Shown one piece after another: positions 13,801-25,692 of a stretch of DNA of 64,000 nt. The notes beneath the pieces are model-generated. The model saw only the letters and a program-made list of their open reading frames with translations, ran no database searches and had not been told where the DNA came from. Every line of letters begins with the position of its first letter. The first letter of the stretch is position 1. The position numbers and the translations under genes are program-made. The stretch comes from Phoronis australis. Taxonomy: Eukaryota > Animalia > Phoronida. The stretch covers positions 933,162 to 997,161 of the forward strand of contig NMRA01000105.1 in NCBI GenBank assembly GCA_002633005.1. Reading direction: 5' to 3'.

Positions 13801-14990
13801 TGGGCACGGGCCTAATTCCGACAGATTATATTGTGAAACTTAATGCAAAACGTTAAATTTCCGAGTTTGCTGCCGTAGTAAATTTGCTTGGCCCATTAGT
13901 ATTTATATTTTACAGCATAGCCTACATGCCACATGAAAGAGTGAGTGTTGCTTAAAAGTACTCTGAAATTACAAACGCGAAGTTAAGTCCCCAATGTAAA
14001 GAAGATATCCCTGCTGTAAATATTTATAATCCATAAAAAGTTATAAAGCAAATTCCACCTCCTTCATTTCAAACGACACTCCCTGTCACGCGCATGACTA
14101 TACATGCGTTTGCATTAAAACAATAGGTAGTTTTATGATGACATTTACATTGACCACAAAATATATGTTAATTGGCGTGCTATGAGAACTATTCCAACTA
14201 CTTTATTACACTTATCGCGCGATATCTGTTCAAATGGACCGAGAGACTCGCATAAACGTAAATCACACCGTGTCTGCATAAACTCTATACCATACACCCG
14301 AGTAGAGATTCCGACGTCTGAGGTTAAGATACAAAAAGTACTCATTTTCTGCAACAAATCGTGCATGTCCTGGAGGATTTGCTTTTATACAGGTTTAAGA
14401 AAATCTCCAAATTGCAACCGATGAGCATAATACGATCGCAATGCGTCCTGTCTGATATTGCAGACCGAAGATATTTTCTCATTAATTATTTTTAAACATC
14501 TTGATTTTAATTGATTTAAATAGCAGGCCCCACGGTCTAGAACACAAGTGTACATATATACTACTATTCTGTTAGACTGCTATAGTAAATGAGATTCCAG
14601 GTAAAAATGTCACATGTATGGATAGGCCTACGTAATTACTCTGGGTGAATCCTGGCGTAACGAGTTTACTATTGTATTATTTACTGAATGTACTTATCTA
14701 ACTGATGACTCATTTCTCTGTTTCTAACACATTGGCCTAATTAACATAAAAGGACATTAGAAAAAGCTATGAAAGCGGGGGAAGGAAAATAAGCAAATAT
14801 GTCACACTAAACTTCGAGATAAAGGAGATATTATCGTATTAACCACCGCAAAACGCAATTTTAGGATTGTCGTTGAACATGAAGACTTTTTAAAGTTATT
14901 AGCTTTAACCAGAGCTACATGTTTAACAACATTCGTTGTTTTTGGAATTTGACTACAAATCGCCAACTCTCTCTGTTGTCTAACAAACAT

Positions 14991-15053
14991 TGGCTGTAAC
15001 CATGGTAGTTGGCTGTAACCATGGTAGTTGGCTGTAACCATGGTAGTTGACTA
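14991..15053. repeat. 19-bp tandem repeat x3 (TGGCTGTAACCATGGTAGT)
   Basis: Three exact copies plus a partial one. Confidence 0.95.
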
Positions 15054-15084
15054 TACTACTTAAATACGCTTTTTGCCATCTACT

Positions 15085-15234
15085 CAGTGACGGAAAGGGG
15101 TGGAGGAAGCCATGGCCCCTAAATTGTCCCATATTCCATGTGACAGTTCGAGGGTGCTAATGTCTGACGGGCAAAATCCTGGCTAAAAAATACTCTGCCC
15201 CCCTACTTAACTCAAAATCCTGGATTCGCTCCTG
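15085..15234. mobile_element. GC-rich MITE family A (CAGTGGCGGA...GGATCCGCCCCTG type) with 5-bp TSD
   Basis: CAGTGACGGA...CAAAATCCTGGATTCGCTCCTG flanked by CTACT/CTACT. Confidence 0.6.
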
Positions 15235-15240
15235 CTACTG

Positions 15241-15316
15241 CATGGGTAGCGCAGGACTGAAAAAAGTGGGGGCTATAGCCCCCCTCCCCCCAGCCCCCTA
15301 TGATGCGCCGCCCATG
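15241..15316. mobile_element. Short MITE family B (CATGGG...CCCATG) with 5-bp TSD
   Basis: TIRs CATGGGTAGCGCA / TGCGCCGCCCATG, flanked by TACTG/TACTG. Confidence 0.65.
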
Positions 15317-15693
15317 TACTGATTGGGATTTGGCTCAGTCAGCATAACGTAATATTACCTTAATTAGATTTGCCCGAAAAAAGGAAGGAAAATTACTCAT
15401 TTTCCGCGATCACACTGAAAATGTGTCGATTGTTCAAAACACGGACTAATGTGACTGCTTATTTTGGTACTATTTATGCGTGAATTTAAACAGTACACAC
15501 CATGGATTTTTGCACATTTTGAATTACCGGTGGCCACAGACTAAATGTATGACGTAAAATTTAGCTAAATCCATGTTAATTTTGTATAGTTAGCTCGAAA
15601 TTTTGATTTTTCTTTCAATTTTGCCAATTTTCACATTTCCCGCCATGTGACGTCATGGGTTGAACACGAGAGATCAGTGACTAGTATTGAACA

Positions 15694-15955
15694 ATGGCGG
15701 AGAGTAGGCAATTTGAAAGCGACGACGATTATGAGCAAGAATTGAACGAATACTATGAAGAAACGTACGCAAATGGTAGCCAGGATGAAGAAATGGGGTT
15801 GCACGAAAGCGGAAACGAGTTTGATGTGCTTCCGGCTGCGTACTTTTCTACGCTGAGGCCTTACGATCTCCCGCGAGAGAAGCGGTCTCGGGCTCGACGA
15901 GTCAACCCAGTCATCCAACAGACGCTCCTGAATAAAGAGCCGATGTTTCTGAATG
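15694..15955 (+). pseudogene. KolX / P2X7-ballast-like accessory gene, 5' remnant
   Basis: Starts aacaATGGCG with an acidic N-terminus and LRPYD (cf. the QPYxFEP motif). After a frameshift it reads RADVSE(W) ending at TG|GTAAAT, like the DVSEW-CxCxxC motif of KolX-type proteins. Confidence 0.6.
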
Positions 15956-15967
15956 GTAAATATTGCT

Positions 15968-16215
15968 CCTTATTGAACCAGGCCTTCATCGTAACGTTTC
16001 CTCTGACTGGAGTCGAAACACGAGTCCTCAAAGTGGGCAGAACACAGAGTGGCCCCGGACCGAATCGCTTAATTGGTCCACGCTGAGGTCCCACACTCTC
16101 GTTCGGAGCACGAAGCGATGCCACTTCTGCGCAAATTCGGCGTCCTTCGAAACACCGAGACGTTCTCCATCTGGCTGGTGTTGCTGCAGCTTCAGCAAAC
16201 ACATCTTTTTATCCC
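15968..16215 (-). pseudogene. THAP zinc-finger N-terminus of a transposase, degenerate
   Basis: Across one stop and two frameshifts: KRCVC*SCSNTSQMENVSVF / KDAEFAQKWHRFVLRTRVWD / ATLCSAHFEDSCFD, which is the C2CH THAP signature with the conserved W and F. Confidence 0.8.
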
Positions 16216-19049
16216 TCTACGAACCTTCTCGACGCTAAATATACTTTGCTTTCACTTCACTGTACAGGTGTATACACTTTGTTGCTGATCCGAACAGTAT
16301 GGCGAACGACTTGGGTTCAACCCATGATGTTGCAAATAATCATTATTTTTTTTAAAATTTTTGCGTGTTTCTTTATGAGCTGTGCAGTAAAAGCACTGAA
16401 ATCAAGTAAGATATAATAATAAAATTTATTTTGAGGTACTAGAGTCATGTTGCGTACACTTTAACTGAAGTAGACTTCACAACAGTGCTTGAATATAAAA
16501 AAGTCAAGCTGCTGGGAAGAATTGCTGCAGCAGTTTTTCTTTGGAAAGATTAATGATACGAATATTCGCTTTTCATTATTTCCCATTTTCAGATTAATGA
16601 AGGCTGTTAATATGTGCGTTGGCATTACACAAACCTGTGGTTTGCTTTCATCTCCAGAGGATAGCGGTTTCTAAATCGAGACTAAACCCAGGCATCAATC
16701 TAGCCCATTGCTAAGTGTTCCCGAGCACCTTGGTCCGGCATCATGATTCGCTGTTACAGTTGGACAAGTCGCTAAAACCCTTTACCAGCTGATACCAGAG
16801 AATCAAAACTGAACGCGCTCACTTTGGCTAATTTTTATCGTATGCATTATGGTAAAAACCATTCTTTTACGAGGAATTCAATTTAATAAGCCAAACAGTT
16901 CGAAGAGTCACCAGTTACATGTATATTCCAATATATTTTAGCCAGTGTTTTGCAGTCCACGCAACAGGACCTTTGATCACATTTCCTGAAAAACGGGCTT
17001 CGTGACGACAGCGGCGCTTGTACAAATCTAATGGCTGTGCCGTGAAACGAGCTAAGTTTCCAATGGAGACACATGTTCAAAAGAGACACTGTTATGGACG
17101 ATGAAAAAGAAATGAAATGTAAACACTGTAATAATGACAATAAAAAAACGGCGACGACGAATGAAGAAGGTTTTCTATGTCACGCAATAACTCCGGGAAT
17201 ATTGTTTTTGCCAAGCTTTTCAATGTAAATTACGAACAATGGGTTCGAATATTCTCAGCCTGTTTAACAATTTCTAGGGGCCAGACCCGGGAATTTAGGG
17301 TTCGGTCCAACGATATTCTGTTTTAGACATATATTAAAAGGGAAATAACCTCAGGCTTACTAAACTGGTATTCTTTTTTTCGTTTCAGCAGTACATATTC
17401 TACAGTATAGGGGGGGGGGCTCCTTTCGGCTATATCACGTCAAATCTAAATGTCACATTACTGTGAAAATCATTCTCACATACCTTTTGCTTAGGAAGAC
17501 AAATGCGATCTACCATTCGATGAAGATTTTGCAAGTTTCCTTTGGCTATACTGGTAACTAAACGCATTCACTAACCGACCATTGCGAATACAGGCAATGA
17601 AAATCGCAACAACAATAAAACTGAGTCTACATGAACTACAGAGGCAATAGGCGAGGACCTGGTAGTTACCCTACCCCCTCACGAACTCCGCGCGTTCTCA
17701 TATAAGGCGTTCTTCGCTCCTGGTCCCAATTCCGTTCCTACGATATGTACTTCTTTTTTCTCGCACCGCAATTATTTTTAATCAAACATGGCCACTCCTT
17801 AGTTCACAAACCAATTGTCAATGACTTTAGTCACAAATTTAGAGAGGGCATTATGCATTACTGAACTGGAAAACGTGTATGAGACATGTTCGAAAGACAG
17901 CAATTGTCAGTGAGTGCCAAGAAGCACATACTAGTAGCCAGTGAGAGAACTGGTGAAAAGAATTCTGTTGGGAAGCTATGCGAGGCTGGTTACCTTGACA
18001 TTGCGATACTTCGAGGGACAATATGGCCCTATCAATTTAAACAGTTTTAAGTGTCACCGTTTGGTCTATTCGCGCTATTCGTAACGGGATGGCCGGAATG
18101 GCTGATGTGTTCCGCAGTATTCCACATGCATGTACATGTATTGTTTGTGCCAACATACGAGACCTTTATTCTGTACCGATGACCGGGTATTCCGTTGAGA
18201 TATACATGTAGGCAGCAGACTGGACTTGAGTATACAAGAATCTTTGAACAATGACAGGCAGGCAGGGAATGTTCATCGGAACACCAATGAATCTTTCAAA
18301 TAGGTAAAAAGCAAAAAGGGTATTGCGCCTTTAATTTCTTCGTCATGATTCAAAATCTTAAAATGATAAGAGATATCAAAGCCAAACAGCATCTTGCTAG
18401 GTTAAGATGTCAAAGAACATGTCCATGCTGAGCGGATGCGATAAACACAAAAATTAAGGTCGCCTACAGGGCATTTGAAGTTAAAAGGATACCAAACCTG
18501 GTTTTGGCCTATTAGCAGATATTAAAAACGACTTACCCAGTTTTCTGAAACAAACTAATGCAATGTAATTCTTGGCAACCATCAAAAGTTTCGATTAAAA
18601 TTTGAAAATTACCCTTTCCAGGTCTGCTAAATGGGTTATAAGCGTGACCTACGCTTTAGGCGAGTTAGGGTAATTGTGGGGACCATGGTAACGACCACCC
18701 GCCCAGAATAAGAATACTCTACCTCTGACATGAGTTTTTTTCTCAACCATTTATCGGGACTTTGCCATCGGGTGGTTACAAAAAACATGAAACAAGAACT
18801 CACACCAGTCACACCCTTACACCCACAATTACACATAAATTTACAAAAAAGGTTCCAAATTTTCCCCATTTTTGTTAAAGTTTGACACACTTGAGTTTTT
18901 ACAGGCTATGTAGTTTTCAGAGTTGTGATAGTCACTGACGAAATTTACAAAGACGTTGACACACAAATTTCGGCCTTTACATTTAGAATTCAAGAGAGGA
19001 GGCAGTGTGGCCTAGTGTTTTTTATTGAATCCTGCTTTTATCACTTAAG

Positions 19050-20330
19050 TGGGACATCAATGATGCATTAGCAGGCGACACAACGAGGATTGGTCGAAAT
19101 CACCAAAACAGGGTTTATATTCCTTTTAAAGGGAAACTGGGCTGTCATTGAAAGGTAGGTTCCAGTGCATCCAAAACGAGGGAAACTATAAAGATGCCCA
19201 ACTTGTAGTGACAACCATTTAAAAAAGACACCGTTCGCATGTCGTCACCTTGGTTTAATTGTGCCAACTGACCGTAAACTTCACGTAGATTACACAGGCG
19301 GAAACATTCTGTTGCATGACTGAGGCCAACCAATGAGTGATGTTAAGGCCCTAAAGCGGCGCTCTTCTGCGTTCTGTACAAATTTGAGAATAATTACAAC
19401 GGTTATACACCATGTCCTGGTATAAATATCTTAAACCTGCTCCACAAGCGTACACCAGGCTATTCCTCGTCAACGCCGTCGTGGTCTTAACCTATGAAGG
19501 TGTTTGAAGCGGTGGCACTGATTACAATAAATCGCCTGAAATAATGACATCTGACACGCGACTGCAGTCTTTACACAACAGAAACTAGCCCGCCGTGACA
19601 ATCATCTTAACGGGTCTGGTTTCATGAAGCAATAATTAACTGCCATCTTTTCTTCACCGGTTTCTAACAGAAGGTGCATAGATTCAACTTCAAAAGTTGG
19701 TTTTTCAGTGACAGAAACGGCAGGATTGTTTAAGAAGCTAATCAACGCTATCAAACTACTTGGGGTTTACCTTTGCACACATGCGGAAATTGGTTTCAGC
19801 CACAAGAAAACCTCTCAAACCACTACCAGTGGCCAAAATGGAAGGGATGAGCAGTTCGTTTTCAAACGTGAATACTTGCTGATACATTGGGTGATCCGTT
19901 TTATTTTGGAGTTAAGTTCATTTCCCACCAACTTATGAAAATGATTGGTACACATTTTATAAGCCAATACAGACGTAGGTCAATCACATGTCATAATTTA
20001 GGTTTCAGTAATGTGATCAAGTCCGCGTCTGTTTGCATCCGCCTCGACTCGGCGATCACGCACACAAGCACAATCAGTCAACGGTAAGCGAAGACAATGT
20101 GTTTCTTGATAACCACTGCTAAGGCATTGTTTCCCACATTATGTGCGGGTTTGACCACGACACAGCCGCACACATCGGGGTGTAGAGAACAGCCTTCCGT
20201 TTTCCCGCATAACTTTTTCAATTCCGGACTCCCACGAAACCGTGGGGGGCCAATTAAATGTCTAATTTACCAGGACAGTTTGGCTGACCGCTCAGAAAAT
20301 GCGACCGTGTTCCAATAATTTCAATGAGGT
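19050..20330 (-). mobile_element. Highly degraded RTE-type LINE relic
   Basis: Scattered minus-strand peptides in the expected order: DADLITL, SLVYAC (cf. LLYGCE), SHA..RM (cf. WLGHV.RM), VYGQLA (cf. LYGEL). Boundaries approximate. Confidence 0.35.
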
Positions 20331-21689
20331 TCTGACAAGCATAAGCACTTAAAAATTACCAGGTCTTCCAAGTACACAACACGAAATTGAAAAAAAATAT
20401 ACAACCAGTTTACTAACCTGGATTTATATTGCAAGCTTGGTCCCGGTCTTTAACGAACGCTCCCAGGCTAAGTTGGTATTACACCTTTACTTTCAGAACC
20501 AAGCCGTCAAATCTTTATTACAAACTCTACGGTAGCTATCATGAAAGTGATTTATATACGGAGCGCAGGCAGTGAAGCTAGTGACGTCATAGGAACTCCA
20601 ACTCTATTCGCAGAAACGGACTCGACAGTGTCGAAAGATGAATGCATTGTAATGCCCGTAAATATTCCAAGAACGTAAATTGTTGACAGTAGATTTCATG
20701 AAGGCGTTTGCAGGCGATTTATGTCTGGCCACAGTATACATGTACATGTAGGAAGTCAAATACACCACCTCCAAAAGTTATCAAAAAACTGGTAACTGAT
20801 GCGTCAAAACGCAGTCAAAACAACGAAACAAAATGTTGAGATTTCATGCAAAGATTTAACCAGACAACTGTCGGTGCGTAGTAAGCTGGCTGATTAAATT
20901 GACATGGATGGTTATACAGCTATTTAAAACTCATTTTTTTTAAGTGTGTCATTTTTCACGCAGGACGCTTTCTGAAAGACTGGAATGTTTCAATTATATC
21001 CCTGAAACAGTTCGCTGCTGGCCTGTTAAGTAGAGGCAAATCACCCAACTGTTGACGTCGACAGGCTTTCCAAACTTGTGTTTGAGATCTTTAAAACGCT
21101 ATCTTGTGGTAACGGGATGTCTTGACTTCAAAGACGCTGGGTATAATTTATATGCCAGGCATATCCTCACTTTGCCGTAGATAAAAAACATGTTCTCGAA
21201 TACAATCAATTCAATAAAATTGAATCGTATTATGGGTGGACCTTATGGAGGTGCCGATTCTAATGTCTTCAAGGCGACGTTGAGGGAGACTGTCTAGTAA
21301 CCATTGATTTTTTATTTTTCTCGTATTCATTTATTTAAATTCTTTATTCATTCATTTTCCAAATTGTAACATTTAGTCGGTTAAATGAGCCCGTGTCTCG
21401 TATTCACTGCTTTAATACCGACTATATATGTATACAGGCCGATCTAGCATGTACTAAAAGGAGTCCAACCGCAATTTCCGAAGGAGAATATCCGCGTAAG
21501 TTCTAAAAATGGAATGCCTGTGATTTTTTGGTCTTGTCCGCAGGGGAGGGGGCACCTGGGCTTAAATCTTCTTTTGGTGCATTCTAACTAAATTTTCCAA
21601 ATCAAGTGAAGACTAGAAAAATACACAGGTGGATAATAAAACAACATGTAGTGATAAAGCAATGAAATCGGACAAAATACACCAATTGT

Positions 21690-21790
21690 CCATCACCACC
21701 ACCACCATAACGGATCAGTGTAACCGTCATAATCACCGTCATCTTCCTCATCATTATCACCAGGACATCATCATTGTCGTCGTCATCATA
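21690..21790. repeat. Degenerate (CAT/CAC)n microsatellite
   Basis: catcaccaccaccaccat...catcatcattgtcgtcgtcatcat. Confidence 0.7.
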
Positions 21791-23639
21791 ATGTTAGCCG
21801 TGACAATTACCACACTGTTCATCGTTGCATGGATATCAAACATACCGCGGTCTTCCCAAGTGTCATTATCATAATTCCATATGCGGTCGGGGTTGGAAAA
21901 AATAACGCGTGAGTGTGGAAATTGTCATCGCCATCTCCATGTCGTCACCATCGCCAATGTTGGCTTCACAATTCGTGCCGGACTGAACTGTAGGTGATTA
22001 GGCGTCATCGTCTCAATCGCAAACTATACAAGTCCATACAATGTACAGACTGACTTCCCGGAAGGAATGTCGCTTGCAAAGGTACATGTAGCAGTCAGTT
22101 TTGGTGACCAACGTGCACAGAGCACAAGAACGCGTCACCAGAGCAACTTATAGCTCTGCTAGCCTTTTCATCGCACGCTTTACACTCCGTAATTGCAACA
22201 TGATTGCTAACGACTAATAATTTGTTAATGAAGCATCGCGTACACACAGCAGGAAATTGGGCGTATGAATTCTGTTAGATATATCTCATTGGCGTTTATT
22301 GAGGTAATTTACAATGACAGTCGACTGGTTTACGCGGGAAGTCTTCGAGAAATATCAGAGAACACGATTTCAATCAATTAGACGTTTAGTTAATTAATAT
22401 ATGGTGCCGAGAATTAAATCTCGGTAGAACCAGGTTGTCATAAATCCGGCATAGAAGTTTCCAGTGTTGCGCCCACGGTGCGAGGTGGTCGAGTGGTAAA
22501 ACCACGATGTTATCTAAGGGGACTAATGCGAGTAGTGACGTTTAATAAACATATGTAGGCCTACTGAAAGATGAAATCAATGCCATAACGGAAATATTCA
22601 GGCACTGCATTTTGCTTCAGTTGCATCACTAAGGCCCTCAGGCTCTTGCGGGGGAGGGGGGCTAACACGCCACAAACTGTCACAACAGCACAAGATGTAG
22701 CAATTCTTGACATTTCATAACAACGGATGTTCATGACAGGTAGATCTGTTGGGATTCCCCTCGATAAGCAGACACGAACGGCTATCCTTTATAGATCCTA
22801 ACCAGCACCTCACTATTGGCATCGATTGCGGAGGAATGAAGACTTTCGATTAAAAACACCAACTGTAGTAAATTTTAGCTACCCTGTGAGGTTGTACAAA
22901 TTGCTATAACTCTCAATTGCGGTGATTTGCGCAGACCTTCGTAAAACGCAACTGGGTGCGGCAACTTCTTGTCGATGACTTGGGACAGATAGTGCTTGGC
23001 AGGGCTGCACAATCGCTGCATGGCGTGTAAGGCATCCCACATACAACAACAAACGTGCACTGAGAGGGCAAATAATCGTCTTTTGCGTCCTCGGTTGTAT
23101 CCTTTGCCAGTTGTCAAGTGTTTCCTCGTGAATGTGACGACGAATGACGACAATTTTCGGACGGATCTACAGCCTTTGTGCCCCGGCTCTAGTCGGACAA
23201 CTTTATATTTCTACGTTTACCTTTATATTTTCAGAGCCTCCATGACAGATTTTCACGCAATTAAATTGACTAGGTTGCCATTAAAGAGACGATGGCTTAT
23301 TTTTGTTTTCAATTTTATTCGATGTATTGTGTCACTTGGTATCTTTTTTGTTTATTTGCGAGTCTGTTAGCATCTGCCTCTCTATCTGCCATATCGCTCC
23401 AAGGATAACGAAAATGTGCACCTGACGTGAAGGCCACGGGTGACGCTTATTTTAGATAAGGAGGGGACCTACTATACTGTGGCAAGCCCCCAGGGTCATT
23501 TTTGCATTCATAGCTGTGCCTGCTAAACCCATGACACGACTCTTGTGAAATACGCTGCGAACGTCAAGTGAGACTCATCGACATATGAAATCTTCGTTCG
23601 GACGGATTCGACTACCGCGGTGCATCGTAGTGACAAATC

Positions 23640-23800
23640 TAGTTGTACGTTGGTCTCTATCTCTTCGGAATTACTGGACGAATTTTTCATAAAATGTGGC
23701 AAACTAGGCCTTCCCATTTTTAGATCGGTTCGAGATATTCTGTACCACCTGCTGGCCATTTTGATACTAATAATAACCCCTAGTGGGATACCGTTTGCGG
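23640..23800 (-). repeat. Inverted fragment of the 144-bp-subunit family
   Basis: Reverse complement reads AAAATGGCCAGCAGGTGGTACAGAAT...CCACATTTTATGAAAAATTC...GAGATAGAG, similar to the subunits at 36-37 kb. Confidence 0.5.
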
Positions 23801-25380
23801 TGCAGTCACGTGGATGCATTACACTTTTTTGTTATGAGTATCTCTCGTTTACGACGTTTTTGTGCGTGAAAATCACAAAGCGCAACAGTGGCAATTTGAC
23901 AGTACTGATGATTATTGCAAAGAATTTGTAGGAAACGCTAGAACATACCACAGCAGACGTAAACATTGTGCCCATCTACCATATCGCCATCCAGCAACAA
24001 TACATATTATTTCACCGCTACTTTGAACCGCAAACTGTCGTAATTATACAAACTACCGCAATCAACAAATATTTATAGTAAAATGCCGCAACACGTAGGC
24101 CTTCGAAGCACAAACTTCCGTTGCACAATTTGTGGTTTGCGACGTTGCGCAGATCCTCGAAGCGCTAATTGTCGCAACTAATCGAAATGCTTTTGGATGC
24201 ACAGACACTGTACTGAGTTGTTTTCAACACTTCGAAATCTGAGGGCATGATTCTACCCCTTGGAAATGGCCGACCGACCGGGGGAGCCTGGAAAGAGTCC
24301 AAGGCGGCTGGAGGGACAATATCGTTTTCTCTTCAATGAAGTCACGATATTCTAGATAATGTTATTGTAACCAATTTAACGTTGACGACGGTAAAGAGAG
24401 GGACTATATGACGGAACACAGGTGGTTCAAGGTTGAATGAACGACGTGGTTGGCGGCGAAAACAGCGCATCGGTTTGGGTGACTTCTATATAAGTACATG
24501 AAAGTGACACGTGATGTAAAACCATTGGACATACTGAAGACTGACATGTACATGTAGGATCAGATGGTTGCCGTATTGTCGTTTGTCAGTGATACCGCCA
24601 ATGTGGGTCCTGCATTTCAAATACAGTGGCTTCCCGTCAGTCTAAAAATCGTCGTTTATGTGACGACGTTATTTTCCGGTATAATTAATGTGAAAGAAAC
24701 TTCAAAGCGTCGAAAAATACATGTATCAAAGATATTCGCGCGGCGATTTGCATATACATGCGAACAATGTGGTTGGCGAAAGTATCCCAAAAATGTTACA
24801 AATCCCAATCAGTTTGCTCAAAAAGGTGTGCACATCCTGTTGCAGTTTGAGGGTTGCTAGTGATTTTAGGATTGCGACAATTTCTTCAGTTATGATAATT
24901 TGTGGTTAGTAACACCGGCTGTAGTGGAAAATGACGCGACGGTCTTGCGAATGTGAAAACGTTTTCGAAGAAAGTGAAGTGCTGTACAGTAACTCACGCC
25001 AGGAAGTTGTGTACATGCATCTGCGAACATTTCGAGACAATTTGTGAGGGTTGATATTTGTGAAATTAAATTGTTTGTTGATGAGCGTCAAACAGTCACT
25101 TTGACGTCTTTGAACAGTGGTAGAATGTTATTTCAAGCTCACAGTGAATACGTATTGGCAATTTAATCCTCAGGCTGCCAATAGTGCCCATGTCAACCGT
25201 GGACAGCGTTTTTGCCGTGGGTGAGCCGTAAGGCAACCCTCTCCCTCCAAGTGTCGCCCTTCATTTTGCGAAGACTCCCTCGCAAATGCCATTTCTCAAT
25301 TTGTGGAAAACAACAATAACTTTGAGAGGCAGTTGGGGGCGGAAGTACGAAATTGGAGTTCTTTGATTTTGCGTACTTTG

Positions 25381-25692
25381 CACTGGCGGATTTAGGTGGG
25401 GGGCAAGGGGGCCGTGCCCCCCCCCCTAAAATTCTACCAGATACCATTTGGCAGATCGGGTGCGAATTGCTGACAAGCACATGCGCTCAACCAGGGGGTT
25501 TCGGGGGGCTCGCGGGGTGAATACACAATGCATAGGCCTGAATAAACCCCTTTTACCGTTTTTTTGGTCAAAAGGTCCGCAAACCCCCCAGACCCCCGCA
25601 TCCCTACACCCTACATTTTAGGCTGGTCTGCCGAAATTCTGGTTATTCCTAAGACCTGAACCCCCTAGCTCAAAATCCTGGATCCACCCCAG
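25381..25692. mobile_element. MITE family A copy
   Basis: CACTGGCGGATTTAGG...CAAAATCCTGGATCCACCCCAG with flanks CTTTG/CTTTA. Confidence 0.65.

Larger units (their letters stand above)
15490..16460. mobile_element. Internally deleted Kolobok DNA transposon
   Basis: TTAA on both sides (15486-15489, 16461-16464). Imperfect TIRs ACAGTACACACCATG / rc AGTGTACGCAACATG (11/15). Contains convergent KolX-like and THAP remnants. Confidence 0.75.

Noticed and set aside
15694-16086. 130-aa ORF as a host gene
   Set aside because: It lies inside a TTAA/TIR-bounded element, has frameshifted KolX motifs, and its C-terminal part is antisense THAP sequence.
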